From positions 310,001 through 374,000 of the forward strand of contig JAXLNO010005073.1 in NCBI GenBank assembly GCA_038087875.1: a stretch of DNA of 64,000 bases. The letters run 5' to 3'. Positions 63,898-64,000 of the stretch are shown here, one piece after another. The number at the start of each line of letters is the position of its first letter. Positions within the stretch are counted from its first letter, which is position 1. The notes beneath the pieces are model-generated. The model saw only the letters and a list, made by a program, of their open reading frames with translations, was not told the origin of the DNA and ran no database searches. The position numbers and the translations under genes are program-made. Origin of the DNA: Malacoraja senta. Lineage: Eukaryota.

Positions 63898-64000
63898 CTG
63901 TAGGCTTGCGCTTTCTTTGACACCACACCACTGACAGTATAATGACGATGAGAACAGCCAGACCTCCGATAATTACAACAAATCTGATTATAAAAGTATA
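63898..64000 (-). CDS. TM exon of a second, inverted paralog of the Ig receptor (runs off the window)
   Basis: YTFIIRFVVIIGGLAVLIVIILSVVWCQRKRKPT, donor G|gtaaag; flanking 63436-63897 mirrors 44418-44878. Confidence 0.9.

Overview
Vertebrate genomic DNA, most likely a cartilaginous fish. This is inferred from HE1-like SINEs, HER1/CR1-like LINEs and Penelope-derived hammerhead repeats. Exon models were read by eye from splice signals and reading frame. (1) A roughly 28-finger C2H2 zinc-finger gene on the minus strand (2.5-8.9 kb), with a CpG/YY1-rich first exon and three lesions in its N-terminal coding part. (2) A plus-strand type I membrane receptor gene (25.3-44.4 kb) with a signal peptide, eight Ig domains and a TM exon. 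It arose by tandem duplication of a V(no Cys)-C2-V-C2(WxC) block, resembles the CD4/LAG-3 family, and is disrupted here by two frameshifts and a nonsense codon. (3) A paralogous TM exon on the minus strand at the right edge (63.9 kb). (4) Three tiny phase-compatible minus-strand exons at 11.6-12.0 kb that spell a cytoplasmic tail with a CxC motif (HCKCR, like the CD4 LCK-binding clasp) and a tyrosine motif. (5) An inverted segmental duplication, about 7.4-15.1 kb versus 45.3-56.1 kb, whose right arm lacks the tail exons. (6) Many mobile elements: a two-LTR class I ERV with internal deletions, an LTR-bounded BEL/Pao fragment with a CCA-bearing tRNA-Asp copy, a 5'-inverted Vingi-like insertion, and Gypsy, Rex1/Babar and CR1 fragments. 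One 135-nt assembly gap. The main candidate for a new system is a CD4-like multigene family with 8 Ig domains, embedded in a ZNF-associated duplication.
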